From NCBI GenBank assembly GCA_963793005.1, contig CAWBYP010000006.1, positions 26,785 to 90,784 on the forward strand: 64,000 bases of DNA, in the 5' to 3' direction. This stretch comes from an uncultured Gammaproteobacteria bacterium (GTDB taxonomy: Bacteria > Pseudomonadota > Gammaproteobacteria > Steroidobacterales > Steroidobacteraceae). Every line of letters begins with the position of its first letter. Position 1 is the stretch's first letter. Position numbers and translations under genes: made by a program. The notes beneath the pieces were generated by a model that searched no databases, was not told the DNA's origin, and was given only the letters and a program-made list of their open reading frames with translations. Shown piece after piece: positions 45,705 through 57,495 of the stretch.

Positions 45705-47423
45705 ATGACCCCTGACGCCAACAGGCAGGATTCACTACACTTGGCTCCCTCCAACCGGACCGAAGGCCGTGATTTGGTAACCGTCGAGTCCAGATCTGCC
45801 AAGCTCTTTGTAAGCTATGCCTCGGATGATCGCCGGCTGATCGCGCCCCTCGTGGATTTCCTACGCGCCCAGGGCTGGGAGGTCTGGTGGGACCGCCAGC
45901 TGGACGCGGGTGAGGCGTTCGACCGGCGCATCGAGAGAGAACTGGCTGCAGCCGACTGCGTGGTCGTGGTCTGGTCGCGGACGTCCGTCGCCTCCAACTG
46001 GGTGCTGAGCGAAGCGATGGCCGGGTTCGAGTCGAGTCGACTCGTCCCGGTGGCATTGGACGCCCGGCTGTCGATTCCACTGCCCTTCAATCGTGTCCAC
46101 GCCGCCTCGCTGGTGGACTGGACCGGCACTCCGGAGCACCCGGGGCTCGAGGAACTTGCGGAGGGCATCCGAGCCACGATCAGCACGCTCGGCATGCGCG
46201 GCATCCAGGCGCGAGGATCGTCGAGTGAGCACAAGGCGGTGGTCGCGGTGCTGCCCTTCGACGACCTCGATGCGGCCGGAGCAGCGCGGCCCGCCTGTTC
46301 GATTGTCCCGAACAAGCTCATCGCGGCGCTGGGCCATTTCCCGGGGCTGGATACCTTGTCGCGCCGGGCGAGTTTCGACGCCGGGCTCCAGTCGCTGGAG
46401 ATACGCGCCATTGCCCGCGCCCTGCGCGCCGACTTCGTCGTCACGGGCAGCGTTTCGGGCACCGGCAGCGAGATGGTGCTGGGCGTCGAACTCATCGAGG
46501 GCGAAACCGGCAGGCAGACCTGGAGCATGACCGTGACGCCGGACGAATCGGGGGTACTGGAACCTGATACGGCCGCGGCCGAGATTGCCCGGGCCTTGAG
46601 TGGCGAATTCCTGCGACTGCGCCGTGCGTCCGCCCAGGACGGTGCCGCTCGCGGTGACAGCTGGAGCGTGGTCGAAGCCGGCCGACAGACACTGCTGCAA
46701 AGCAGCAGCAACGCAATCGTAGACGCGAAGCTGGAGGCGCAACGTGCGCTCGCCCTTGCCCCCGGAAACGGTCACGCCCACGCCCTGCTCGCTTCCGCGA
46801 TCGCCGAGGAAATCGTCAACGGCTATACCTGCGACCTCGATCTCGCACGCAACGAGGCGCTCAAGGAAGTCGAACGAGCCCTGGTGCTCTGCTCGGACGA
46901 CCCGGTAGTGCTGAAATATGCCGGGCATGTGTACGCGATCTGCGGCGAGCACGAGCAGGGCGAGCGCGTGCTGCGACGGGCGCTCGAGCTCAACCTGTAC
47001 GACGAAGGCACCTACGGCTACCTCGGCTGGGTGCTTGCCCCTTCGACTTCCCCCGTGCACCTCGCCGAGATCAGGACAGTGCTGGACAGGCTGCTGGCAG
47101 GCGCACGCAAGCACCCGGGCAGGCCATTCTGGTTCCTGCATCGATCGGTGGCCCTATCCTGCAGCGGCGACTTCGAAGGCGCACTGGCAGCGGCGCGCGA
47201 CGCAATGAACTTCAGCCCCAGCCTCACGCTGGCGTGGCTGCACGCCGTGAACGCGCTGGCCCAGCTCGGGCGAATCGATGAAGCGCGCGCGCTGGTCAAT
47301 CGATGCCCGCTCGACATCGCGCGCACAGGCGTTTCATGGGCGAACCTGGTCCGGCTGATTTCCAGGGACGAGGCCGCCGCGGAACTTCGCACCGCAGGCC
47401 TCAGGCAACTGGAACTGGCGTGA
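45705..47423 (+). CDS. TIR domain - TolB_N-like - TPR repeat protein (second paralogue)
   Basis: 572 aa. The TIR part is 'KLFVSYASDDRRLIAPLVDFLRAQGWEVWWD...VVVWSRTSVASNWVLSEAMA'. The TolB_N-like opening is 'AVVAVLPFDDLD'. The C-terminal half is TPR-like. The order matches the 279-2075 protein. Confidence 0.85.
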   Translation: MTPDANRQDSLHLAPSNRTEGRDLVTVESRSAKLFVSYASDDRRLIAPLVDFLRAQGWEVWWDRQLDAGEAFDRRIERELAAADCVVVVWSRTSVASNWVLSEAMAGFESSRLVPVALDARLSIPLPFNRVHAASLVDWTGTPEHPGLEELAEGIRATISTLGMRGIQARGSSSEHKAVVAVLPFDDLDAAGAARPACSIVPNKLIAALGHFPGLDTLSRRASFDAGLQSLEIRAIARALRADFVVTGSVSGTGSEMVLGVELIEGETGRQTWSMTVTPDESGVLEPDTAAAEIARALSGEFLRLRRASAQDGAARGDSWSVVEAGRQTLLQSSSNAIVDAKLEAQRALALAPGNGHAHALLASAIAEEIVNGYTCDLDLARNEALKEVERALVLCSDDPVVLKYAGHVYAICGEHEQGERVLRRALELNLYDEGTYGYLGWVLAPSTSPVHLAEIRTVLDRLLAGARKHPGRPFWFLHRSVALSCSGDFEGALAAARDAMNFSPSLTLAWLHAVNALAQLGRIDEARALVNRCPLDIARTGVSWANLVRLISRDEAAAELRTAGLRQLELA

Positions 47424-47481
47424 CCGGCCGAATGCTCATGCGCAGCTGCCCGGTTGGCCGTTCGATTCCAGGGACCAGATC

Positions 47482-48126
47482 GTGAATGACCGGTTGAAGA
47501 GCGAGTTCATGGCACTGTGGCTGGGCGTTGCCGACGACGAGCCGGCTCACGCCGAGCATGTCTGCCAGGTCCTGCTCGATCGATACGCCGAGCCAGGCAG
47601 GCACTACCACAACCTCGACCACGTCGAGCACTGCCTGGGACAGGCCCGGCTGGTGACCGGGCTGCTGCCCGACTCGAGCGCGCTCGAGCTGGCGATATGG
47701 TTCCACGATAGCGTGTATAACCCGCTGGCAAGGGACAACGAGGCCAGGAGTGCGGCGCTGTTCCGCGAACTCGCCTCGCCGGTGATGACCCCGGCTATCG
47801 AGGATGACGTAGAGCGCCTGGTGCTGGTGACGCAGGCCGGCCAGCTCCCGCAACGGGACGACGAAAGGTACATGGTCGACATCGATCTCTCGAGCTTTGG
47901 ATTGCCATGGGAACCATTCCTGGCGGACAGTCTTGCAGTGCGCGCCGAGCGGCCGCACCTGACCGACGAGCAATACGCGGTGCAGCAGTCGAGGTTCCTC
48001 AATGGCCTGCTGCAGCGCGATGCGGTGTTCACCACCGAGTTCTTCCGCAAGCGCTACGAAGAGGTTGCGCGCTCTAATATCAGCCGGTACCTCGAGGCCA
48101 TTGCCCCGGCACCCCGTGGGCATTGA
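47482..48126 (+). CDS. HD-superfamily metal-dependent phosphohydrolase (COG4339-like)
   Basis: 214 aa. Motifs 'RYAEPGRHYHNLDHVEHCL' and 'AIWFHDSVYNP'. The GTG start is 58 nt after the TIR gene. The antisense 273-aa ORF is rejected. Confidence 0.75.
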   Translation: MNDRLKSEFMALWLGVADDEPAHAEHVCQVLLDRYAEPGRHYHNLDHVEHCLGQARLVTGLLPDSSALELAIWFHDSVYNPLARDNEARSAALFRELASPVMTPAIEDDVERLVLVTQAGQLPQRDDERYMVDIDLSSFGLPWEPFLADSLAVRAERPHLTDEQYAVQQSRFLNGLLQRDAVFTTEFFRKRYEEVARSNISRYLEAIAPAPRGH

Positions 48127-48147
48127 TCGATCACGCAGGATTGATGC

Positions 48148-49839
48148 ATGACCGTCGAGGCCGAGCGCAGTTCGTCCCGCTTCGAAAGCTGGCGCAGCGC
48201 GACGCTGGCCCCGTTCGAGCATCGCGCATTTGCGCTGTTCTGGTGGGCCTCGCTTGCGTCATCGTTCGGCAGCATGATCCAGACCGTCGGCGCCTCGTGG
48301 CTGATGGCCACGATCGCGCCCTCCGCCGACCAGGTCGCGCTGGTCCAGACGGCGAACGCCCTGCCCTTCTTCTTCCTGTCGCTGGTGGCCGGTGCACTGG
48401 CAGACACGCGCGACCGCCGGTCGATCATGCTGGTTGGGCAGATGCTGTCGCTGCTGGCTTCAGCGGCACTGGCAATCGTGATGCTGGCCGGCGGCATCAC
48501 GCCATCGACCCTGCTCGGGCTGACGTTCCTGATCGGCTGCGGCGGCGCCGTATTTGCCCCTGCCTGGCAGGCGTCCATCGGGGACCAGGTGCCGCGAACG
48601 CAGATCGCACCTGCCGTGATGGCCAATGCGGTCGGCTTCAACCTCGCCCGCAGTATCGGGCCGGCGATTGGCGGCGTGATCGTGGCGGCAGTCGGTGCAG
48701 CGGCAGCGTTCATCCTCAACGCCGTGTCGTACCTCGGGATCATCGCGACACTGGCCTGGTGGCGACCCGCAAGGGTTCGCAGCGAACTGCCGCCGGAGCC
48801 GCTCGCCACTGCAATCGCAGCCGGCGTGCGCTACGTGAGCCTCTCGCCGCACCTGATCGCCATACTGCTGCGCTGCGTGCTCTACACGATACCGATCGCT
48901 GCCGTGATGGCGCTGATGCCCATCGTCGCCCGCGACCTGCTCGGCGGAGGAGCCGCCACCTACGGCATCCTGCTCGGCGGCTTTGGCGTCGGCGCGATGC
49001 TGGGCGCGCTCTCCAGCGCCACGCTGCGCGGCCGCGTGTCCAGCGACGCCCTGCAGCGCATCCTGTCCGCGCTCGCCTGCGTGGCCATGGTCGCGATCGG
49101 CCAGAGTCGCTGGGCGGCGCTCACCTTCTTCGCGCACGTGCTGGCGGGTGCGGTGTGGACCCAGGGGTTCGCGAATTTCAACATCGCCGTGCAACTCTCC
49201 TCGCCGCGCTGGGTGACGGGTCGGATGCTGGCGACCTACCAGACCATCGCGTTCGCCAGTATCGCCCTTGGCAGCTGGTGGTGGGGACAGTTCGCAAACG
49301 TGGCCGGCGTACGCGAATCGCTGACCGCGGCCGGGGTCGCGTCGCTGCTGTCGCTGCTGGTCGCGCGCTGGCTGCCGATCGATATAGAGCGCCTTGGCTC
49401 GCTGGATCCGCGTGTCCGGACCGGCCGCGCGCCGCCCAGCGTACACATTCATCCCGCGTCGGGCCCGATCGTCGTCGTCATCGAGTACCGGGTGCTCCCG
49501 GAGCACGCGGTCGAGTTCGTGGCCGTGATCAATGAAGTCGGCCGGATAAGACGCCGCGATGGCGCACGCGCGTGGTCGATCAGCCAGGACATCGACACGC
49601 CCGAGCACTGGGTCGAACGCTTCGAGAGCCCGACGTGGATCGATCACCTGAGATGGCGGAGCCGGCCAACCGTGTCGGACCAGGTCGTGCGTGAGCGTCT
49701 CGATTCCCTGATCGTGGACCAGCAGGCGAGCGTGCGCCGACTGGTCGTGAGGCCTCCAGGTGCGCAGCCACTGGGTGCACCACCGGAGTCGCAGCACGAG
49801 GTCGGCAGGACCGATCGCGGCGCACATGGCGACTGGTGA
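48148..49839 (+). CDS. MFS transporter with C-terminal soluble extension of about 130 aa
   Basis: 563 aa with about 12 TM helices. The tail 'PIVVVIEYRVLPEHAVEFVAVINEVGRIRRRDGARAWSISQD...HWVERFESPTW' looks like a ferredoxin-like (Dabb/ABM-type) domain. Confidence 0.85.
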   Translation: MTVEAERSSSRFESWRSATLAPFEHRAFALFWWASLASSFGSMIQTVGASWLMATIAPSADQVALVQTANALPFFFLSLVAGALADTRDRRSIMLVGQMLSLLASAALAIVMLAGGITPSTLLGLTFLIGCGGAVFAPAWQASIGDQVPRTQIAPAVMANAVGFNLARSIGPAIGGVIVAAVGAAAAFILNAVSYLGIIATLAWWRPARVRSELPPEPLATAIAAGVRYVSLSPHLIAILLRCVLYTIPIAAVMALMPIVARDLLGGGAATYGILLGGFGVGAMLGALSSATLRGRVSSDALQRILSALACVAMVAIGQSRWAALTFFAHVLAGAVWTQGFANFNIAVQLSSPRWVTGRMLATYQTIAFASIALGSWWWGQFANVAGVRESLTAAGVASLLSLLVARWLPIDIERLGSLDPRVRTGRAPPSVHIHPASGPIVVVIEYRVLPEHAVEFVAVINEVGRIRRRDGARAWSISQDIDTPEHWVERFESPTWIDHLRWRSRPTVSDQVVRERLDSLIVDQQASVRRLVVRPPGAQPLGAPPESQHEVGRTDRGAHGDW

Positions 49840-49978
49840 ATCACGCGCTCGCTGACTGGAACCCCGCAGCCGCGCGTGGCCCGGGTGCAACGACTCGTCG
49901 TCGGGACTATCAAACCCATTGCCAGAACCAATTGGATCGCTCGGCGGTCCAAGTCCAGACTGTCTGTAAGCCAGGTAG

Positions 49979-52198
<2,220 letters not shown>

Positions 52199-52224
52199 TC
52201 GCGGAGAACAGGTCCCGTAGAGCA

Positions 52225-53067
52225 ATGAACAAGAATATGCGTTGGTGGCCGGCGCTTGTCGTGCTCGTTGTCGTCGGAGCGGGACTGTACCTGTACCTGG
52301 CTCGATCACCGGAGCCGGTGCAGCCCCCGCCCGGGTCGTCGACTCTGCCCGAAGTGTCCTCCGCAGGGGTAATCCGGCATCCGATCGAGGACATCGCGCA
52401 GGACGCAGAAGGCGTCGCAGGCGAGGAAGTCCCGCCCCTGGACGCGAGCGATGCCTCTGTCGAGGGTGCGGCTGCCGACTTGCTTGGCGGAGAGGCGGTT
52501 CTCGGGCTGGTCAACCCGGGCGACTACATCCGCAAGATCGTTGCCACGGTGGACAACCTGGCACGCGATCGTACGTCCGCGCGGCTGTGGCCGGTGCAGC
52601 CGACACCGGGGCGCTTTACTGTCCGCCAGGAAGACGATCGCACGTACCTCTCAGCCGAGAATTTCCAGCGCTACACCCCGTTCGTCAGCCTGGCGGCGTC
52701 CGTCGACGCCGGGAAGCTGGTCGCGCTGTATGTCCGGTTCTACCCGCTGTTCCAGCAGGCCCACGAAGACCTTGGTTACCCGCAGCAGTACTTCAACGAC
52801 CGGGTGATCGACGTGATCGACAACCTGCTGGCGACGCCCGACCCGGGTGACACGATCGAACTCGTGCTTCCGCCCCAGGATCCGTCGGTCGAGGTCGCGC
52901 GGCCCTGGGTGCTTTACGAATATGCGGATCCCGCGCTTCGGTCGCTATCGGCCGGGCAGAAAATCCTGGTTCGCATGGGACCCGCGAATGCGGACCGGGT
53001 GAAGACCAGCCTTCGCGAGCTGCGCAAGCGACTGGCGGCCGAACCACCTCCACGACCGGCGGCATAG
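52225..53067 (+). CDS. DUF3014-like membrane-anchored protein
   Basis: Start trimmed to 'MNKNMRWWPALVVLVVVGAGLYLYL', an N-terminal TM anchor. The family call is from memory. It lies immediately downstream of katG. Confidence 0.55.
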   Translation: MNKNMRWWPALVVLVVVGAGLYLYLARSPEPVQPPPGSSTLPEVSSAGVIRHPIEDIAQDAEGVAGEEVPPLDASDASVEGAAADLLGGEAVLGLVNPGDYIRKIVATVDNLARDRTSARLWPVQPTPGRFTVRQEDDRTYLSAENFQRYTPFVSLAASVDAGKLVALYVRFYPLFQQAHEDLGYPQQYFNDRVIDVIDNLLATPDPGDTIELVLPPQDPSVEVARPWVLYEYADPALRSLSAGQKILVRMGPANADRVKTSLRELRKRLAAEPPPRPAA

Positions 53068-53212
53068 CACGCGAAAGGCAATACGTAGTTTTGACCCGGC
53101 CCTTGCGTGTCAGATGCCTGGCCTTACCAACAGCGGTCGAACGAACTTACAATTCACCAGGCAAACTCACGCCCACCTGACCGGGCACGTGCTACCGAAG
53201 AGGGGGAACTCC

Positions 53213-53755
53213 ATGTCCACCAGGCTCGACCTCTCCAGGATTTCCCTGATGGACGCCCTCGACCTCGCGGCGCTGATCGAGCTCGAAGCGGTGAAGCGTT
53301 ACACGGAATTCGCCGAGACACTGGGCAGCCGTGGTGGCGACGATGCCGGTGCCGTATTCCAGTCAATGGTTGTCAACGAGAACAAGCACTGCGAAGAGAT
53401 CGCCGAGCGCCGGCTCGCACTGTTCGGCGACAAGCCGCCCAAGGTCACGCTCGACGACATCTTCGACGTGGAGGCTCCGGCGAGCGGTGACGTGCGTTGG
53501 AACATGTCCACGCTGAAGGCGTATCAGCTCGCCCTGTATTCGGAACAGAAGGCTTTCGCTTTCTACGACGAAGCCCTCGACCATGTCGACCAGCCGGAGG
53601 TCAAGGCGCTGTTCGAGGAACTGCGGGAGGAAGAGTCTGAGCATGTCAGGATGCTCGTGAACATCATCGCGAAGTTGCCTCCGTCGGCTGAGACCGAACT
53701 CGAGGACGAGGACTACGATCCGAATCGTCCGGCTCGCGACAGTTTCGAGGCATAG
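53213..53755 (+). CDS. ferritin-like / rubrerythrin-family di-iron protein
   Basis: Start trimmed to 'MSTRLDL', with a GAGGGGGA RBS. The ExxH-type motifs are 'NENKHCEE' and 'EEESEHVRM'. Confidence 0.7.
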   Translation: MSTRLDLSRISLMDALDLAALIELEAVKRYTEFAETLGSRGGDDAGAVFQSMVVNENKHCEEIAERRLALFGDKPPKVTLDDIFDVEAPASGDVRWNMSTLKAYQLALYSEQKAFAFYDEALDHVDQPEVKALFEELREEESEHVRMLVNIIAKLPPSAETELEDEDYDPNRPARDSFEA

Positions 53756-53775
53756 CTGGTTGAATTGCCCTCGAT

Positions 53776-54811
53776 TCAGCGCGTACGCCGCCGGTACTCG
53801 CTTGGTGACTGCCCCGTGAGGCGCTTGAATGCGCGCCCGAAGTTCGCCGGATCGCCATAGCCGAGCAGGTAACCGATCTCACTGACGGTGTAGCTCGCGT
53901 CGTCGAGCATGCGGCGGGCCATCTCGAGTTGTTGTGCGGAGCGCAGGTCACCGAAGCGGGCGTCCCTCTCGGCCAGTCGCCGGATCACGGTGCGCGGCGT
54001 GACGCCCCAGGCTCCTGCCAGTTGTTCCAGCCGCGGCAGGCTCGTGAACTTGCGGTTCGTCGCGATGTGCTCGAAGTGCGCCGCGAGCCAGTGGGTTGCC
54101 CGCGCCACCACGTCGCCCTCGGCCAGCACGCCCGCGAGGGCTTCCCGGCAGCGGGAAAGGGACGAACGGTAGATCTTCTCGTCGTGCAGCGGGCACGGCA
54201 GCGCCTTCAGTGCTGCGGGCAAGGCGACGCCATTGAAGCCAGCGGAAAACTCGCAACGGTTACCGAGCACCCCACGGTAACGACTGGCGTGGCCACGCGC
54301 GGCGTATGCAAAGCAAAGCGTCGCATCTGAATTTCCCTCACCCAGTACGGCACGGGTGTAGGAGAGCCCGATCTGCTGAAGGATCTCGACGAGTGGAACC
54401 TCGAGGTCGCCCAGCGGATAACTCGTCGTGTCGAAACTCAGGATCAGCTGGCGATCCCGCTCGATGGCGCTGAAGCCCAGGTAAGGCGCGCGAATACGCG
54501 CGAATGCGCCGAGGGTCTCGATGCCCGCGCCGAGTGTCGGTGCGCTTATCGAGGCAAAGCCCAGCGGACCGTGGCTGTTGATGTTGAGCTGCCGCCCGAA
54601 GTCGAGCGCCCAGTCGTCCCGGCCCGCCAGGCACGCGGGCGTTGCGCAGCACCCGCAGTTGCTGGGACACCGTGATCACGCCATGGTGAACCAGCATTTC
54701 AGGTGAAAGCCCTGTCCCTTCAAGCAGTTGCCCCGTCGCCGTAGGCCAGCGCTGCACCAGCAGGCGTGAATAGGTGCTCGGACAGGGCAGCGAGTCGGCC
54801 GGATGGCTCAT
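53776..54811 (-). pseudogene. AraC-family transcriptional regulator, frame broken at about 54637
   Basis: The N-terminus 'MSHPADSLPCPSTYSRLLVQRW...QQLRVLRNA' is in the frame of ORF 54338-54817. The continuation is in the frame of ORF 53776-54270. It reads 'DDWALDFGRQLNINSHGPLGFASI...' through to the HTH 'TVSEIGYLLGYGDPANFGRAFKRLTGQSPSEYR'. Removing one C from the coding-strand CCC joins the two parts. Confidence 0.8.
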
Positions 54812-54823
54812 CTGCACAGTATG

Positions 54824-54856
54824 TCACTAAATGACTTGTTTAGCGTCATGAAGTGA
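54824..54856. promoter_or_regulatory. imperfect inverted repeat TCACTAAATGAC-N9-GTCATGAAGTGA in the araC/alkB divergent region
   Basis: Read directly from the sequence; 10 of 12 arm positions are complementary. It is a low-GC patch between the regulator start (54811) and the alkB-like start (54968). Confidence 0.4.
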
Positions 54857-54967
54857 TATTCACGCCCCGCGACCACCTCCCTAACATGCGCGCCATGGTT
54901 AGCCATGTGCACTGGACTCAGTCGCCTGGCGCTTGCCTGAAACCTCTACCAGATTGCCGGAGAAATC

Positions 54968-56146
54968 ATGCTGATCAAACTTCTGAAGGGCTGGCTGATG
55001 CCGCTCGCCATTGTCCTGTCGATTCTCGCCATCGCCGGCGGCGGCTGGTGGCTCTGGGCGCCGACCGCCGGCCTGTTCATCGTCTTCATGCTGGGCGACT
55101 GGCTGCTGCCCAGGGACGTGAGTCCCGCCATCGACTCCGAAAGCCCTCTCTTCAATCTTCCCGTCTATTCCGTCCTCCCGCTGCTGGTCGTACTGAACGG
55201 CACCCTGCTCTGGATGCTGGGCAGTGGCGATGTCGCGCACATCGGCGAGTGGGTCCGCGCCCATGCCGGAATCGACTTGTTTGCCGGCCGCGAAGCGACG
55301 TCGCACTGGCTGCAATGGCTCGGCGGCCTGCTCTCCCTTGGCCTGCTCAACACACTGGGCGGCACCGTCGCCGGCCACGAGCTGACGCACCGCACGTCGC
55401 GCCCGTTCGACGTGATGCTGGGGCGCTGGGCGCTCACGCTCACGGCCGACACCTCGTTTGCCATCGAGCACGTCTATGGCCACCACGCTCGCGTCGCGAC
55501 TCCCGACGACCCGGCCACGGCACGTCGCGGCGAGGGCTTCTATGCGTTCGCCTGGCGCTCGACGATTCATTCGTATGTGCACGCCTACCAGATGGAGAAG
55601 GCACGCCTCGCCAAGTTCGGCAAGTCGGTGTGGAACCCGCTGGCCAGTCCATTCATGCGCGGCAACCTGCAGAACCTCGTGCCTGCGATCGCGGCATTTG
55701 CGCTGGCAGGCTTCGTCGGGCTTGCGGCCTGGGTGGTGATCGCCTTCATCGGCAAGGAGCTGCTCGAGATCCAGAACTACTTCGCCCACTACGGCCTGGT
55801 GCGCGAGCCCGGCAAGCCGGTGCAGCCCCGCCACTCGTGGAACTCGAACCACTGGATGAGCACCAACGTGCTCTACAGCCTGGCGCGCCACTCGCACCAC
55901 CACGCCGAGGCCGATGCGGCCTACTGGACGCTCGACGCGATGCCTGAGGCGCCCAACCTGCCCGGCGGATACCTGACGATGATGCCGGTGACACTCGTCC
56001 CGCCGCTGTTCAAGCGCGTGATGACGCCGGCGCTCAACGAGTGGGACCAGAAGCATGCGACGCCGGCCGAACGAGAGCTGGCCCGTGCGGCGAGCCTCAA
56101 GTCAGGGATGCCTGGCCTGAACCTTGCCAGGCCGCTCGCGGCCTGA
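54968..56146 (+). CDS. alkB: membrane non-heme di-iron hydroxylase, AlkB / XylM family
   Basis: 392 aa. The His boxes are 'HELTHR', 'EHVYGHH', 'NYFAHYGL' and 'LARHSHHHA'. Confidence 0.88.
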   Translation: MLIKLLKGWLMPLAIVLSILAIAGGGWWLWAPTAGLFIVFMLGDWLLPRDVSPAIDSESPLFNLPVYSVLPLLVVLNGTLLWMLGSGDVAHIGEWVRAHAGIDLFAGREATSHWLQWLGGLLSLGLLNTLGGTVAGHELTHRTSRPFDVMLGRWALTLTADTSFAIEHVYGHHARVATPDDPATARRGEGFYAFAWRSTIHSYVHAYQMEKARLAKFGKSVWNPLASPFMRGNLQNLVPAIAAFALAGFVGLAAWVVIAFIGKELLEIQNYFAHYGLVREPGKPVQPRHSWNSNHWMSTNVLYSLARHSHHHAEADAAYWTLDAMPEAPNLPGGYLTMMPVTLVPPLFKRVMTPALNEWDQKHATPAERELARAASLKSGMPGLNLARPLAA

Positions 56147-56178
56147 GTCCGGCGAAGAAGCCGCCAAGGAGAAACAGC

Positions 56179-57267
56179 ATGTTATCCAGCCTGTTCGGCA
56201 AGAAGCCGAGCTCACACGCTGCACGGATCGCACCCGCGAACGTCGAGCTGCGCGTGGGATCGAAGGAGACGCTGCTGCAGGCGGCGCTGAACCAGGGCAT
56301 CGCCTTCCCGCACGACTGCCGTGCGGGGGGCTGCGGTGCGTGCAAGTGTCGCCTGGTCAAGGGCAAGGTCAAGGAGCTGACCGACAAGAGCTACATCCTG
56401 TCGGCCGAGGAACTGCGCGACAACTACGTGCTGGCCTGCCAGAGCATCCCGCAGAGCGACATCGAAGTTGAGGTCCAGCTTCGGGATGTGAGCACGCTGG
56501 CGGAGACCCGACAGAGCCCGGCGCGCATCACTCACATGGTGCCGCTGACCCACGACATCCTGCACGTGACGCTGGAGCTCGAGCACGCGCTGGCCTTCAC
56601 GCCGGGCCAGTACTGCGAGCTGTCTCCGACGGAAGGCAGTGCTGCTGGCGTGAAGCGCAGCTACTCCTTTGCCAACGTCCCGGATGCCAACGGTACGTCC
56701 CGTCACGCCGAGTTCTTCATCAGGAAGGTGCCGGGCGGCCGTTTCACGGAGTGGCTGTTCAGCGACGCGAAGGTCGGCGACTCATTGAACGTGAATGCGC
56801 CCTTCGGCGAGTTCGTGCTGCGCGAGTCGTCTGCACCAATGCTCTGCATCGCCGGTGGCAGCGGCCTCGCGCCAGTGCTGTCGCTGCTGCAGGGTGCGCT
56901 GCAGTCGCTCAGGCGACCGCGCGAGGTGACCCTCATCTTCGGTGCGCGCTCCGAAACGGACCTGTACATGCTCGATGCGATCGAAGCGCTGCGCCGTGAA
57001 TGGCCCGTCCGCTTCGACTTCGTGCCGGTGCTTGCCAGTGAACCGGCTGACAGCGCGTGGCAGGGGCGGCGCGGGCTGATCGTCGATCACCTGGCCGATA
57101 TGCTGGGCGAGTCGCTCGGCGCCCAGCAGGCCTACCTGTGCGGCCCGCCGGGCATGATCGACAGCTGCATCGGCGGGCTCAAGGCCGCCGGCGTGCAGGA
57201 GTCCGGGATCTTCTTCGACAAGTTCCTCGACCAGTCGCACCTGTCGCCCGCGCAGAAGGTGGCATGA
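56179..57267 (+). CDS. 2Fe-2S ferredoxin :: FAD/NAD(P)H oxidoreductase (XylA-like electron-transfer component)
   Basis: Start trimmed to 'MLSSLFG', with an AAGGAGAA RBS. It has a plant-type 2Fe-2S motif 'CRAGGCGACKC', an FNR-like 'RSYSFAN' motif and the NAD-binding 'LCIAGGSGLAP'. Confidence 0.88.
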   Translation: MLSSLFGKKPSSHAARIAPANVELRVGSKETLLQAALNQGIAFPHDCRAGGCGACKCRLVKGKVKELTDKSYILSAEELRDNYVLACQSIPQSDIEVEVQLRDVSTLAETRQSPARITHMVPLTHDILHVTLELEHALAFTPGQYCELSPTEGSAAGVKRSYSFANVPDANGTSRHAEFFIRKVPGGRFTEWLFSDAKVGDSLNVNAPFGEFVLRESSAPMLCIAGGSGLAPVLSLLQGALQSLRRPREVTLIFGARSETDLYMLDAIEALRREWPVRFDFVPVLASEPADSAWQGRRGLIVDHLADMLGESLGAQQAYLCGPPGMIDSCIGGLKAAGVQESGIFFDKFLDQSHLSPAQKVA

Positions 57268-57495
57268 GAGTCCGCGCCTGAATCCCAGGCTACGAGGAAC
57301 AGCGTCCCGGGCCCGGTCGCATCGATGCGGCACGCGTTTTCGACGGCAGGGAGGTTGGACAGGTCGCGCTTCATTCACGGCGCAGGCGCTTGAGGGTGCG
57401 GGCGCCGCAGCTGTTGCGCTAACCGAACCGCTGGCGCACAGCGGAACTCCAGGACGGCATCGACCGTCCGTGAGATCTTGCGCACGGGGGAGTTC

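Noticed and set aside
57268-57495. Possible glycine riboswitch in the 228-nt leader of the alanine/glycine:cation symporter.
   Set aside because: I could not find the conserved GGAGAG...CACCGAAGGGGCAA / CUCUGGAGAG cores. Only vague 'accgaa' and 'ctccaggac' fragments are present. A covariance-model scan (Rfam glycine riboswitch) would be needed to settle it.
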